A DNA stretch of 64,000 nucleotides from Octopus vulgaris. Lineage: Eukaryota. Below are positions 29,501 to 40,861 of this stretch, in pieces. The notes beneath the pieces were generated by a model. The model searched no databases, was not told where the DNA came from, and worked only from the letters and a program-made list of their open reading frames with translations. Location: NCBI GenBank assembly GCA_951406725.2, contig OX597830.1, forward strand, positions 58,528,001-58,592,000. Direction: 5' to 3'. A program made the position numbers and the translations under genes. The stretch's first letter is position 1. Each line of letters starts with the position of its first letter.

Positions 29501-32500
29501 TTTAGAGAAACTCTGAATCATCAGACGAGGCTACAGTATTCTCTCCTGTAAGTATAGCGTTGTGGCCTTAATGTTTTTCAGTTGTTGTTAGTTTATTATT
29601 TAGCACTGACATAATATGTAATGTGTTCTTTTCCATTCTTGTGAGTAATAACTAAATCAGTTGATTATATTTTCTGTCACCTTTATTTAAATCCAGAAAA
29701 AAAAAAGATTTTTCACCAAGACTAAGGGTTTGGTGGAGGTATGGTGCAGCAAACAATCTCCCCCCACCACACACAAGGGTTGGGGGTTAGGTTTGAAAAT
29801 CATAAAATCTATTTATTTTTTAAAAGTGGTATGGACATTTTTTCTCTCTACTTCATGTTTTCAATAAAGACCAGAAAATATGTATCTGTTGATGTGTGAT
29901 GAATGTAATTCACTCCATCATTCTAATATTTAAACTTTTATCTCAAAACTAACAATAAATCAACAATTTTGTTAATCTTTGGTTAGTTTCATTCGTTTAG
30001 TTTGTAATGAAGAATTTTGTTGCTTTAGGTCTTTCGCAGAACTTGATCTACCTCTGACCACTTTGTTCATTGGAAGTACCAAAATACGAAAGGGCCGTTT
30101 CATGATTGCTTATTTCAAACTAGCATTTCCTTCGGCTGTTCATGTTCTGAGTTCAAATTCCACTGAAGCTGACTTTGCCTGTCATCCTTTCGGGGTTGAT
30201 AAAATAAGTACCAGTTGCACACTGGGGGGTGAAGGAATTGACTTATCTACAGCTGGGTCTGAGTATAAAAACTGCATCTGTTTGCCAAACCATGTCATAC
30301 CAATGTGGCAGAGTAGGCTCATCAAAGCAGTGTGAGGGTCTCAAATTCATCAGACCGTGAAGGCCATGTGGTTGGCAGTGAGAGCATACTGAGGCCTCTG
30401 TCCTGCTCTGGTCTGAACATGGCTTATACAATCCAATCCATTTTGAAGTGGTCTCTACAGGTTTCCATGATTACATATTTTCACAGAATCACTTTTTATA
30501 TAAACACAAATTGCAGAAGAAGCCACTTGTTAAATGAATTATTGTTGGGTGTGTTTGTCTTTTTATTTTTAAAGTCAGAAGGTAAGAGAAGTGTCAGTGG
30601 CACTTAATGAGACCCCTGAAATGGTGGAAGGCAAGGAAGAAACCAAAGACCTGACCCGAATCCTTGCAACAGAGATTTCAAAATGTAAAGAGCACTGGTG
30701 ATAGTGCCACTTGAAAAGCACCCAGTACACTCTGTAAAATGGTTGGTGTTATGAAGAGCATCCAGCTGTAGAAACCATGCCAAAACAGACAGTGGAACCT
30801 GGTCCAGCTCCTGTCAAACTGTCTAACCCATGTCAGCATAGAAAATGAACGTTAAATGATGATGATGATGATGCTGAAGTACCACAAGGAATATCCTCTT
30901 TGTCCAACATTCCTGCTGGTCCACCCCTCTACATTTGTACTTTATTTATCAACTCTTGAAGGATTAAAGGCAAAGTTGATTTTGGCAGATTTTCAGCGCA
31001 GAACACAAAGTCATCATTATGACAAGTTTAAATGCTAACTATCATATATTTATACTCTGTATTAAATACTTATTATTATCATTTCTACCCAGAATTGCAA
31101 TCTCCAGAATCTGTTCACATTTTCCTTCCATGCATCACCTTAGAGAAGTTTCTGGTGAACATCAACTTTATCAATCTCACTAGTCAGGAGAGGTTGAATG
31201 GTTGCCTTGACTCTTCTCTGATAAAATATTGGAAAAAAATTTTCTTTCTATGTCTTACTTATGAAACATTTAGATAACATTTTCTCTCATGATATTTCTT
31301 TTATCTAGTGCCCTCATGATCTGCCTTGCCCAATGATTAAAGAAAATAAAGAAAGTAAAAAAATCCCTTGTAACTTTCAAGTTACATTCAAACACTTTGA
31401 TTTTGTCGCGGTAAGCATCAATTTGGATGTTTTCAATTCTTTTTATTATTTCAAATATTCAGTTTTTGTTTAGCCTCAGGCCGGCCCAGATGGAGCAGAC
31501 CAATGATGAAATGTATTCCAGTCACAACCTCAGTGTTTCCAGGGCTATTTTATCCACTGTCTTGGTGTATGATTTGAGGGAGACTTAGCTACTATTTCTT
31601 GCATGTAGAGTCATCACTTCATTGATTCCTCATTTATTTCATGGTTCTGATTATTCTTTCTGTACTAATAACCTTTGTAATCTGGCCTTACATGTTGTAT
31701 CCTTACTCTGAGGTTTTGATAATATAATGAACAACTTTGAACTATTTAATAGTAATTTGCTGGTGCTACTTTATTCTCAGTCAAAACCCTCTGTTATGTT
31801 TACCTCTCTACATCTTATTTGCTATTATAACCAAAGCACTGGAAGCAGTATTAGCTCAAAATAGCATTTTGTATACCTTACTTAATGTGGATATACTGTT
31901 GAAAGCTGCAGAATGGCAGTATTTATCCTGAGAAAGCATCTTGTATAGATGTGTAGTGCTAAAAGGCAGATGAAAAGCATCCAGCATTGGTGATGGAATT
32001 ATCAAATCTGAGATTTCTTCATCTTTGCATACCATCGGTAGGAAGTGTCCACTAGCAGTCTCATGCTTAGACAAATTTAGCCTTGACTGATATAGAAAAA
32101 CAGTGATTAACAAATTACTTGTGTTGCAAACAACTGGCAGCATTTTCCAACAAGATTCTTTGATTTTTGATAGTCTTCTACAATACTCTTGTACTCCCAT
32201 TAAAACATGTTGCTCTTCAAATTTCCTTACATCTTAAAAAGTATAAGAACAACAAAACAAATCTTCTAATTTCCAGTCAGGGACAAAATTAGATTTTAAG
32301 TAATAAATTGTTCATTTTCGCTATTTCTGAACCAAAATTCGTCTTTTGCTTTACAAGATTTCTGTTTTGTATTTAAAACCGTTGAATATTTCTATTGTTA
32401 ATTAATATAGTTTTTGTGTTAATGTTATTCAGAAAAACAAGAAAATCACTGAAAGATTTTGCTATATCATTTTACAGAAAGGCAAAAGAAAAGATGGTAA

Positions 32501-35500
32501 GCATTTTAAAATCATTTTGAATAATATGAAATGAACTGACATTGTCATCCAATCAAAAGAATGATAAATTAATATTTATATTTGTTCCTAGATCTTGATT
32601 GCATTTCTCTTCCTTTTTTTCGAACAATCCCTCAGCCTCAACGTCTACACACGGTTTACACTCACAGCTAAACACGGTGCTATAATTCTTCATTCATGGA
32701 GCTGAAACTTGAGCAGTAGATAAGAATCTCCAGTGGAGAATTGAATTTATTCCTTCATTACCAGCAGATGCAGTTATAATCAAAATGTGCCAGCCCAGGC
32801 ATTGAAACTGTAATCATATCATTTCAAATGTTTAATAACAACAGTTACATAGATGAGATTACTGGCGGTCATTCCATTACAATTATTCCATTACTATGAA
32901 GTTTACCCTTTTCACATTCAGATTGTCAAATGCAATGGCTGTTTATTAACTTTGTTTGGAACTGATCATGCGTTATCTTGTAGTTTTGAGATTTCAGTGA
33001 TGTGATTGGTTGTTTTTAAAATGACAATGCAGGGTAGGTGTGAGAGGCCTGATCTGGCCAGTTTGAAGATAAAACAGGTAGAATATTTTGGTTAGATACG
33101 GCCAGTTTAAATGCTGAAAGATTAAAGTAATACTTTAATCTTGTGGTCTGTGGTGCCAAAGATTCCTACAACTCCAAACTGAGAACTTTACTGGAAGCAA
33201 GAAGGAATGAAATCAGTACAGGACTGGTTAATTATGGCTGAATCATAAGGTTTGGGAATATAGCTACATTTGGCGTGTGTGTTATTGTACTTACATTTGT
33301 TTTGTGTACATTTATATTATGGTCCTGTGGTTTGAAAGACAGCAGTCTGCTGGTGGAGTTCATCTTATTCTAGCTGCCTTTACAAGGAAATTCAGGCTTC
33401 AAAGTTTAATTCAGTGGAACAATGATTTGGTTACAGTGTCGTGAACTGTAACTCTTTATGCTGTTTGGTAAACTGGAATGTTGTTGTTAGATGTCTTTCA
33501 CCAGGGCAAAATCTGGTGATGGGTGGGGGTGAAACAAACAGCATTTTAACTGGTTTAACTAATCTCCCAGTCATATGTATGTACCGTTTATATTTTACTT
33601 GTTTCAGTCATTAGTCTGAGACCATGCTGGGGCACCACCTTGAAGGATTTTTAGTTGAACGAATTGACCCCTGTACTTTTGTTTATAAGCCTGTACTTAT
33701 TCTGTTGGTCTCTTGCTGAACCACTAAGTTGTGGGGATGTAAACAAACCAATACTGGTTATAAAGTGGTGGTGGGGGACAAGCACAGATGCAAAGGCACA
33801 CACACACACACACACACAATGAGATTCTTTCAGTTTCTGTTTACCAAATCCACTTCTAAAGTTTTGGTCAGCTCAAGGCTATAGTAGAAGATACTTGCCC
33901 AAGGTGCCATGCACTGGGACTGAACTCAGAACCATGTGGTTGGGAAGCAACAAGCCATGCCTCTGCCTATCTGTACAACATAAACACACACATATGAATA
34001 ATGAAATAAAGTATTTATATGTATTTGTGAACGTGTGAGCGTATTTATGTTGAGGTGTGTATGTGCGTTTGTCAGTGTATGTATAGGGATATATATGAAT
34101 ACCTGTGTGTATGTGCATGCACCTAATCAAATGTGGATTCATAAACAGACATTCATATGCACTCAGAAAGAAAGAGTATTTATTAGCTTAGTTGAGGTAA
34201 TTTTTCTAATTAATTCAGGTTCTATTTTTGTTGTTGTTGTTGTTCCAGTTTTAGGCACCAACTGGCCTCGGATCCTACAGAGCCCTCGTAAACATTCAAA
34301 ACATATACATTTAAAAACTTGTTGTCCAAATGGAGAAATCGAACATTCTTTCCTTACAATGAAGAAACATGGAAAGTAAGTCTTTGGTTTTATTATATAT
34401 TGATTAGTTGTGATACCTGTGCAGGTGGCACGTAAAAAGCACCATCCGAACATGGCCGATGCCAGCGCCGCCTTCACCGGCTTCCGTGCTGGTAGCACAT
34501 AAAAAGCACCCACTACACTCACGGAGTGGTTAGCGTTAGGAAGGGTAAGATCAGACTGGAGCCTGGTGCAGCCTCCTGGCTTCCCAGACCCCGGTCGAAC
34601 TGTCCAACCCATGCTAGCATGGAAAACGGACGTTAAGCGATGATGATGATGATGATGTTTGTCACTCACAACCAAATATGACTTGGTACCAGTATGTACA
34701 GTGTGTTTCACCAATGTTTTTTAAGTGTCCATGTAGTTGTGGACACAAATACCTACCTTCATTGCGGTTGGTTGGAGGGCAGAGATGTTTCAGTTAGATA
34801 AATGATTTCACAGTCATTTAAAGTGGTAAAAATTATATTCATCTTTTAGTTTAGGAAGTTCCTTTTTCATTATGGTAAGCTGGCAGAATCGTTAGCATGG
34901 TATTATGTTTCCAAGAACATAATACACCAAAATGACATGTTCTTATTAGTATGGCTTATAAGGTGGTGAACTGGCAGAATCATTAGCACTTTGGGTGAGA
35001 TTCTTAAAAGTATTTCATTTGTCTTTACATTCTGAGTTCAAATTCTGCCAAGGTCAAATTTGCCTTTCATCTTTTCAGGGTCAATAAAATAAGTACCAGT
35101 TGCATGCTGAGGTTGATGTAATCCCTCGAAATTGCTGGCCCTTTGCCAAAATTTAGAACCAATATGACATAACATTACTAATTTCTTCAGTGATCGTTAA
35201 GGTGTCTGTACATCCGTAATTTTATTTCTTTTATTTTATTCTTTTTACACAATCTTATTTTAAACTTCTTTTTCTTATGGATTAATAATAAAATTCTTTT
35301 ACTTTCAGGGAAGCTTATAAATGTGCATCTTGTTGTAAATGGGGTGATTTGCTTCCAGTGGCTACACGAGAAAGTCCACAGACTGCATCAGACACCACAA
35401 AATCCATACCAAAGACAGAACCTGATACAGAATTAGAGGATAATTTGAGTGAAAATCACAAAACAGATCTTAATCAGGAAACAAAACAAATTATCTCTTA

Positions 35501-35501
35501 G
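10553..35501 (+). CDS. METTL17: Methyltransferase-like 17 / Rsm22 mitoribosome small-subunit assembly factor, whole gene (15 coding exons, 1524 nt, 507 aa)
   Basis: Fifteen GT-AG exons join in frame without stops. Motifs: basic N-terminal targeting peptide, LWARQVP, TYNW, DFGSGTGS (SAM motif I), IENGTNSGF, VFSPCPHDLPCP...CNF, WPRILQSP...TCCPNG, WGDLLP, all matching recalled human METTL17. Confidence 0.95.
13236..13401 (+). CDS. METTL17: METTL17 exon 2 (LKNSSK...SHSGIMRSKCITLSSRLENTVNILIE)
   Basis: Acceptor ttatcttcag, donor gtaaat, phase 0-1; resembles the HPGI..L segment. Confidence 0.85.
14700..15003 (-). mobile_element. tRNA-derived SINE
   Basis: Minus strand ggaggcacatggcctagtggttagagcagtggactc...gggttcaaatctc with A and B boxes, followed by a non-tRNA body. 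Confidence 0.65.
16712..16846 (+). CDS. METTL17: METTL17 exon 3 (YPLNNL...LWARQVPIE...LEKS)
   Basis: Acceptor ttttgacag, donor gtaaga, phase 1-1; LWARQVP corresponds to LWSRHLP. Confidence 0.9.
18809..18905 (+). CDS. METTL17: METTL17 exon 4 (MQNLNE...KEQTYNWQSI)
   Basis: Acceptor atctttag, donor gtatgt, phase 1-2. Confidence 0.9.
19070..19151 (+). CDS. METTL17: METTL17 exon 5 (YDAYKSFLYMVSRMPANYAAILLCLNE)
   Basis: Acceptor ctcttacag, donor gtatgt, phase 2-0. Confidence 0.92.
20623..20696 (+). CDS. METTL17: METTL17 exon 6 (IVKRVPDYIPRNVFDFGSGTGSTIW)
   Basis: SAM-binding motif I; acceptor cccacag, donor gtaaat. Confidence 0.95.
22114..22208 (+). CDS. METTL17: METTL17 exon 7 (ACNKIWNKNIFEYFAHDVSADMNILCRLLLQ)
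   Basis: Acceptor ttattaaag, donor gtaagc, phase 2-1. Confidence 0.92.
23697..23767 (+). CDS. METTL17: METTL17 exon 8 (GEEQKEMHVSGVYLRQFMPSQRE)
   Basis: Matches GVFFRQFLP; acceptor ttttag, donor gtatgt. Confidence 0.92.
24194..24340 (+). repeat. Short 26-bp tandem (aaaaagcactggtgctggtgccacgt-like, about 5 copies) within an RTE tail
   Basis: Its reverse complement differs from the 52-57 kb minisatellite unit at 3 of 26 positions. Confidence 0.75.
24995..25210 (+). mobile_element. Meta-domain-like SINE (other copies ~15350-15535 -, 16903-17040 +, 17884-18002 -, 34960-35165 +, 39197-39405 +, 44855-45060 +, 45500-45820 -)
   Basis: gagctggcagaa head, gagttcaaattc B-box-like motif, central gactttgcctttcatcctttcggggt..ataaa..aagtacc resembling the Meta domain. 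Confidence 0.7.
26004..26111 (+). CDS. METTL17: METTL17 exon 9 (KLYNLVVCSYSLFELES...NLWDLTEDFL)
   Basis: Matches FDVVVSAFSLSEL...LWRKT; acceptor tttacag, donor gtttgt. Confidence 0.93.
26535..27690 (+). mobile_element. 5'-truncated, decayed RTE-clade LINE (ORF2 C-terminus plus 3' UTR)
   Basis: Reads VVDSFC.LG.QISSG.GCSESVAARIRIAWAKFRE...VKGRLYDA.VRT.MLHG.ETW...RLHWYGQV.MNEDSCV...EGTCRRGRPRKTWDEVVKH, typical of RTE, followed by the (GAT)n-tailed 3' UTR. Confidence 0.88.
28126..28194 (+). CDS. METTL17: METTL17 exon 10 (IVIENGTNSGFQLISEVRDTILK)
   Basis: Matches VLVENGTKAGH; acceptor tttcag, donor gtaagc. Confidence 0.94.
28220..28703. mobile_element. Two tandem piggyBac-type MITEs (28220-28449, 28473-28703); third, opposite-orientation copy at 46818-47040
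   Basis: Three ~230-bp copies bounded by TTAA-like sites with degenerate ccctttcgttacc...ggtaacgaaaggg TIRs. Confidence 0.7.
29506..29547 (+). CDS. METTL17: METTL17 exon 11 (RNSESSDEATVFSP)
   Basis: Acceptor ttctctttag, donor gtaagt; VFSP precedes CPH as in VFAPCPH. Confidence 0.88.
31309..31410 (+). CDS. METTL17: METTL17 exon 12 (CPHDLPCPMI...PCNFQVTFKHFDFVA)
   Basis: Three of the Fe-S ligand cysteines; acceptor ttatctag, donor gtaagc. Confidence 0.94.
32433..32496 (+). CDS. METTL17: METTL17 exon 13 (KNKKITERFCYIILQKGKRKD)
   Basis: Matches EKFSMVILARG; acceptor ttattcag, donor gtaagc. Confidence 0.9.
34249..34375 (+). CDS. METTL17: METTL17 exon 14 (LGTNWPRILQSPRKHSKHIHLKTCCPNGEIEHSFLTMKKHGK)
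   Basis: WPRI...CCPxG; donor gtaagt; a second in-frame acceptor is possible at 34255. Confidence 0.92.
35309..35501 (+). CDS. METTL17: METTL17 exon 15, terminal (EAYKCASCCKWGDLLPV...KQIIS*)
   Basis: WGDLLP motif; acceptor actttcag; TAG at 35499-35501. Confidence 0.93.
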
Positions 35502-37861
35502 TTTAAATTATTTTCAAATTTGTAAACTTTTCTATTAAACCAAATAATCCTCACGCTTCTCGTTTTATTCCATTCTTTGTAACCATCCTTTTGATAATTC
35601 GCTTTAGTCTTATTCCTTGAATGCATTCTTGTAATATTGTTTGCCTCTCATCCTTCCTGCCCCGGCCCTTTTTTTCTGCACACACACTTTTAATATCCAC
35701 TCATTCTTTCAGTTCACTTTTATTCTATATTGCACATCCAGCATCTTTGTTTCACTCATTGGACTGTGGCCCGGCTGGAGCACTGCCTCAAAGGGTTTAG
35801 TTGGACGAATCAGCCCCATGACTTGCTTTAAATCTGTTACTTATTCTGTTGGTCTCCTGTTACTGTCAAAGTCTTAGAAGAAGTCAATCTAACTAAGAAG
35901 ACCTGTTGAGGCAAGTGAGAATCAGAATTGAAATCGATCAACATCAATGGAAATTGGAGCTGTGATACCAGTGCCGGTGGCACGTAAGCGAACCATCCGA
36001 ACGTGGCCGTTGTCAGCCTCGCCTGGCCCCCGTGCCAGTGGCACGTAAAAAGCACCATCTGACCGTGGCCGTTTGCCAGCGCCGTCTGGCACCTGTGCCG
36101 GTGGCACGTAAAAAGCACCCACTACACACGGAGTGGTTGGCGTTAGGAAGGGCATCCAGCCATAGAAACATTGCCAGATCAGACTGGGCCTGGTGCAGCC
36201 TTCTGGCTTCCCAGACCCCAGTTGAACCGTCCAACCCATGCTAGCGTGGAAAGCGGATGCTAAATGATGATGATGATCATAAGGTAACAAGGACATAAAT
36301 TAAATCAAATTAACAAGTCACTGTATCCAACAGAAAGTATCCTTGTGCCGTTTGGTGTTGTCAGACAGCATGTCACATATCTCCTCTGCTCTATGCTGGG
36401 TAGAATTTTTGAGACCGACGAAGCAAGACATCTAGTAGCATAGGGTACTGTGAAAGCTATGCAGAAATTTTTGTTACGGAATCTCTGCTGGGTGGTTGGT
36501 GTTGGGAAGGACATCCAGCTGTAAAAATCATGCCAAAACAGTCACAGAAGTCTGGTGCAGGCTCCTGCCTGGCTGGCTCCTGTCAAACCAACCCACCCAT
36601 GCCAGTATAGAAGGCTAGTATGGTGATGATGATGATGAAAAACAGTTCTTCCCAGAGAATAAGACTGGATGCATAGCAATTGGACGAAGCAGGTTCAGGA
36701 GTGTTTTAAGCTAATAGTAGAGATTGGATTCAATAATTGAATGGATAATAGCAGAGAGGTTGATGAATCAAGGATGAAAGTCTTCCTTTAGGATCGCTAC
36801 ATCCAATTCCTCTCAGGAGAGAGACTGCTGAGTGAAGGTTGTAGCAGATTCTTGTCACATTGTCTGAAATAGGTGCTGTAATGCTGCATTCAGTGCCATG
36901 AACTTCAAGTGCAAAGACAGTCCAAGGGACGACCTTTTTGACGTCAGTAGAGGAGGATATAACATTATTGACAGTGAGGAGCAAACCTGATAACTTATAA
37001 GATAAAAATAGGCTGAAGGGGGGGGGGGATCCAACTAAGGCAAACTTACATCATGCGGTCTTCACCATTGCATACTTTCCATGCTGGCATGGCTTGGACG
37101 ATTTGACATGGAGCTGGCTAGCAAGGAGTTGTCCAGACTTCAATTGTCTGTTGTGGCATGGCTTCCTTTCCCAATGCCAAATTCACACACACCAAAAAAG
37201 TGAAAACAAAAAAAAAACCAAAAAACGTGGGAGATACATTGAATCAGACTGGGGTGGAATCTTCAATGGAATGCTTCATAGCTTGGGTGGTGAACTTGCA
37301 TTAGCCTCTGGTGACTCTGGCACCAATTTATCCAGAACCCAGTTGGTAGATGACAGACTTCCAGGTGACTCACACTACAAACCTCTTGGAGAAGTTGTTT
37401 ACAGCCACAGGGCGTGTGGCCCCATTCTTCTTTCTCAGAACTGTCGAGTTGGCTGCAAAGAAAAGTTCATGAGCATGGGGGTTGAGATCATTGTGAATGG
37501 GTGTTGGTGAGTGTGACAGTCAACTTGAACAGACCTGGTCAGTTTTTGCAGTTTGGAATGGCACCAGGTCATTCAGGTGAGCAGACCAGAGGCAGTCCAC
37601 ACCTCTGCTATGGCTTGCAGGGAAGCACTACAATGCAGATGTAATAATTTGCTCAGAGGCTTGTTCATTGGATCGGTTTTTGGCAAAGCGATGGATCTAG
37701 GGTTCCCAAATATTTTTAGCTGGTGAGAGTGGGCAATAGCCACTCAGTTGTCTCCCTTGTACAAGTACTGTCTGACCAATTTGTTTTGCAATCTTTTCAG
37801 TAATTTTTATACTTCTCTAAGTTTATTCCAATAATTTCATAAATTTTAAATCACCCATTCA

Positions 37862-37910
<49 letters not shown>

Positions 37911-37966
37911 CGGAGATGTACTCGCATAGCAAGTAATTTGATCTGAGATCGTGTGCTGAAACGAAA

Positions 37967-38242
37967 ACAATTGCAGCGTGGAAGGTGTTTATAAGCCATT
38001 TAAGAAACACACAAAAGCCGTTCGATTCACTCCAACATTTAAGTTTAATTTGTCAAAATATTTTCGTCGCTAAAATCCGCGACCTGTTCACTGACAAAGT
38101 CCGTGCTGCACGGACTTTGTCAGTGAACAGGTCGCGGATTTTAGCGACGAAAATATTTTGACAAATTAAACTTAAATGTTGGAGTGAATCGAACGGCTTT
38201 TGTGTGTTTCTTAAATGGCTTATAAACACCTCCCACGCTGCA

Positions 38243-38247
<5 letters not shown>
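37967..38247. repeat. Near-perfect 281-bp palindrome (140-bp arms, one mismatch) between (TA)n tracts; Penelope-like inverted terminal repeat
   Basis: Arms are reverse complements about T38107 (gtccgtgc-t-gcacggac); (TA)n at ~37866-37908 and 38247-38310. Confidence 0.92.
38116..38165 (+). ncRNA. Minimal type I hammerhead ribozyme motif, G3-C8 variant (mirror copy on - strand at 38049-38098)
   Basis: Stem I TTTGTCA/TGACAAA; core GTGAACA plus G; stem II GTCGC-ggatttta-GCGAC; GAA; palindromic stem III AATATT; U17. Confidence 0.65.
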
Positions 38248-38313
<66 letters not shown>

Positions 38314-40238
38314 GCAGGTAGGCACACAGTGCATCTTAAGAAACATTGCTAGTGTCTTTGAAGTTTCTGTTGAGGAGGAACTCACAATAACTGATTGACA
38401 GTGTGATAACAAACACAAACAGCAGGTCTGATGGGAGACTTTTAGGTCTGAAAGTTCTTCCAAACACAATTTAACAATGAAAATTCATTCAAAAGATAAA
38501 AGGTTATGTATGTGCATGTGTTTGTATGCATATATGTCTATGTATGTACACACACACACACACACACACACACAAAGGTCATCCAAGAAAAAAAACATGT
38601 TAATGGTATGGATATATAAATCTAAGTATACAGTACTATATATCCATTTCTGCTGATCTTAGCAATTGGTAAACATGTTTTTTCCATACTTGCCCTCTCT
38701 GAAGAGCACAGAGTGTTGTTCAACCATATCTGGTTATCTAAAACCCAGTGTGAATCTATCTATTTAAATTGGTCGTCCCTCAGTGTGAATCTGATTGAGA
38801 AGACCAGCTGACATTGATCGATAATACTAGGTTCATTGATGAATACACACTCATTTTGTATCTGCAATGATGGATGTGGTTCACTAGAAAAACAGAGACA
38901 TGAAAGGAGCCAAGAAACAAGGCAGAGAAAGTTCTTCACAGCTGCATCAACATCAGTTATGTTACTTCTAGTTTATGTTTCATAAGCAGAGCAAAATAAA
39001 ATTAAAATTTCAATAAAATTAAATGTAAGACTGTTTCTTAAAAAATATAAATCAAGTTTAGAATCAAAGATGATTTTTAGGAACAAACAAGAAAGTTTGT
39101 TTCTGTTCTGCATCACCAATATTCCTAAGAATAACCAAACTTGTATCTTTGCTGAGATAGTTATTAGAGTACAAGAGCCAGTTAATGGTATTCATAAGCC
39201 GGCAGAATCGTTAGTAGGCCAGGCAAAATGCTAAATGGCATTTGGTCATCTTTATGTTCTGAGTTCAAATTCTGCCAGGGTCCACTTTGCTTTTCATCTT
39301 TTCAGGGTTGATAAAATAAGTACCTGTTGCACACTGGGGTCGACGTGATCAGTTTACCCTCTTCCCTGAAACTGCTGGCCTTGTGCCAAAATTTGAAACC
39401 AATTAATGGTACTCCTGAAGAGTAATTAGTTTTGAGGGAAGACAAAACTCATGAAGTACTCTGCTAGGTTTTTGTGCTTTAGTATTAACCTGACTTTATC
39501 CACCTTTTGTCAGAGACCATATAGCTTATCCATAAGTTGCTAAGCAGAGTTTCAGTATTTGGTAGGATCATCACTAATACAAGCGTGGTCAAGGCACCAA
39601 ACTCTCAAATGCCAAAGTGAAAGGTTAGGGACTGAGTGGATCTCTTTGTCAAATCCATGATTGGGAAACCTAATTTAGAATGACAGATGAAATAGTTACA
39701 AATAACAATTCCAGATTATTGACGTCCAGTATTCTATAATTTTTGAAAATTTACCTCCAATTTCCTTAAAATAATTCATTGCATCTGCAGCTTCTGACCA
39801 AAATTACTCTTATTTGTAAATATATATAATTTCAATAGAGAATTCAAAAGATTCGCTCCTTTCCTTCAATGTAATTAAAGAGGCTTGGCAGAATCAACCA
39901 AGATTATAGGCAAAGAAATCAAAGAAAGGAATCAATAGACTTGGTCTTCTTCATCTTCTTTAAAAGGATGTCTTGAAGAGATGTTTCAAGAATTCTCACA
40001 GTTACCTCCCTTGAAGAACGCAATCGCAAAAGATCGATCGACAAATTAAAGAATATTTTGAAAATTATTAAAAATAGTTTTGTTTATTACAAAACAAAAA
40101 TATATCCGGCGCTTTCTACATTCCAAAGATTATCTATAAATCTTCGGTTTTCATTTTGAAACGAATGTTACACTTTTCGCAAATACTTTCATTTTAAAAC
40201 GCGTCTTTCTTAAATGAAATTATTTCCCGTTTAAATAT

Positions 40239-40336
40239 CGAATTGTGGATCTTTTCTGTTTGATGGACAGAATTTTAAGATCCCGAATTGTGGATCTTTT
40301 CTGTTTGATGGACAGAATTTTAAGATCCCGAATTGT
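40239..40336 (+). repeat. Exact 45-bp tandem duplication (2.2 copies) upstream of MTX2
   Basis: cgaattgtggatcttttctgtttgatggacagaattttaagatcc at 40239 and 40284, partial at 40329. Confidence 0.92.
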
Positions 40337-40818
40337 CGAAATGCGAAATTAATCTCGCCTCATAATCCAACTGATGGTTATGGTAAATCTGATAGTATTA
40401 TAGAAGCATTTCATTTGCAATCATCAACCTTAGGAAAACAAATTTCTGTTTGGTTCCAAATGTTTCTGGATTTATAAACTCATTCCTCGATGAGTTCTTA
40501 ACTAAAAGAAACGACTTTGAGAAAATTGAAGGAATATGTTTTAGGTTTTTTTTTTTAAATTGGAGGAAACTTCTCTCGATAAAGGTACAACTTGGACACA
40601 AAATACAGGTTCTAAATTGACATTATGTAACCAAAGAAATGAAGCCTCAAGGTCTAACTCAATCGTTGTAGAAATTATATTTGAAATTGCAGGAAAAAGG
40701 AAAAAGAAATGTAATAAAGAAAAAAGAACCGGTTAAAAACAAAGCGGATAACTATTTGCCTTTACACCGTTCAGTTTCTCTTCCGAAATTCACTTTGTGT
40801 GGTTGAGTTCACCTCGTC

Positions 40819-40861
40819 ATGTCTTCGTTGGTTGTGGAGGTTGTCCAGGCCGAGATCGGAG
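40819..40861 (+). CDS. MTX2: MTX2 exon 1 ([14 protein letters not shown])
   Basis: ATG, donor G|gtgagt, CpG-containing region. Confidence 0.85.

Noticed and set aside
36730-37800. Possible decayed LINE RT and Tc1-like fragments
   Set aside because: Only faint resemblance (e.g. TDVKKVVPWTV versus the SGVPQG motif); too degraded to call.
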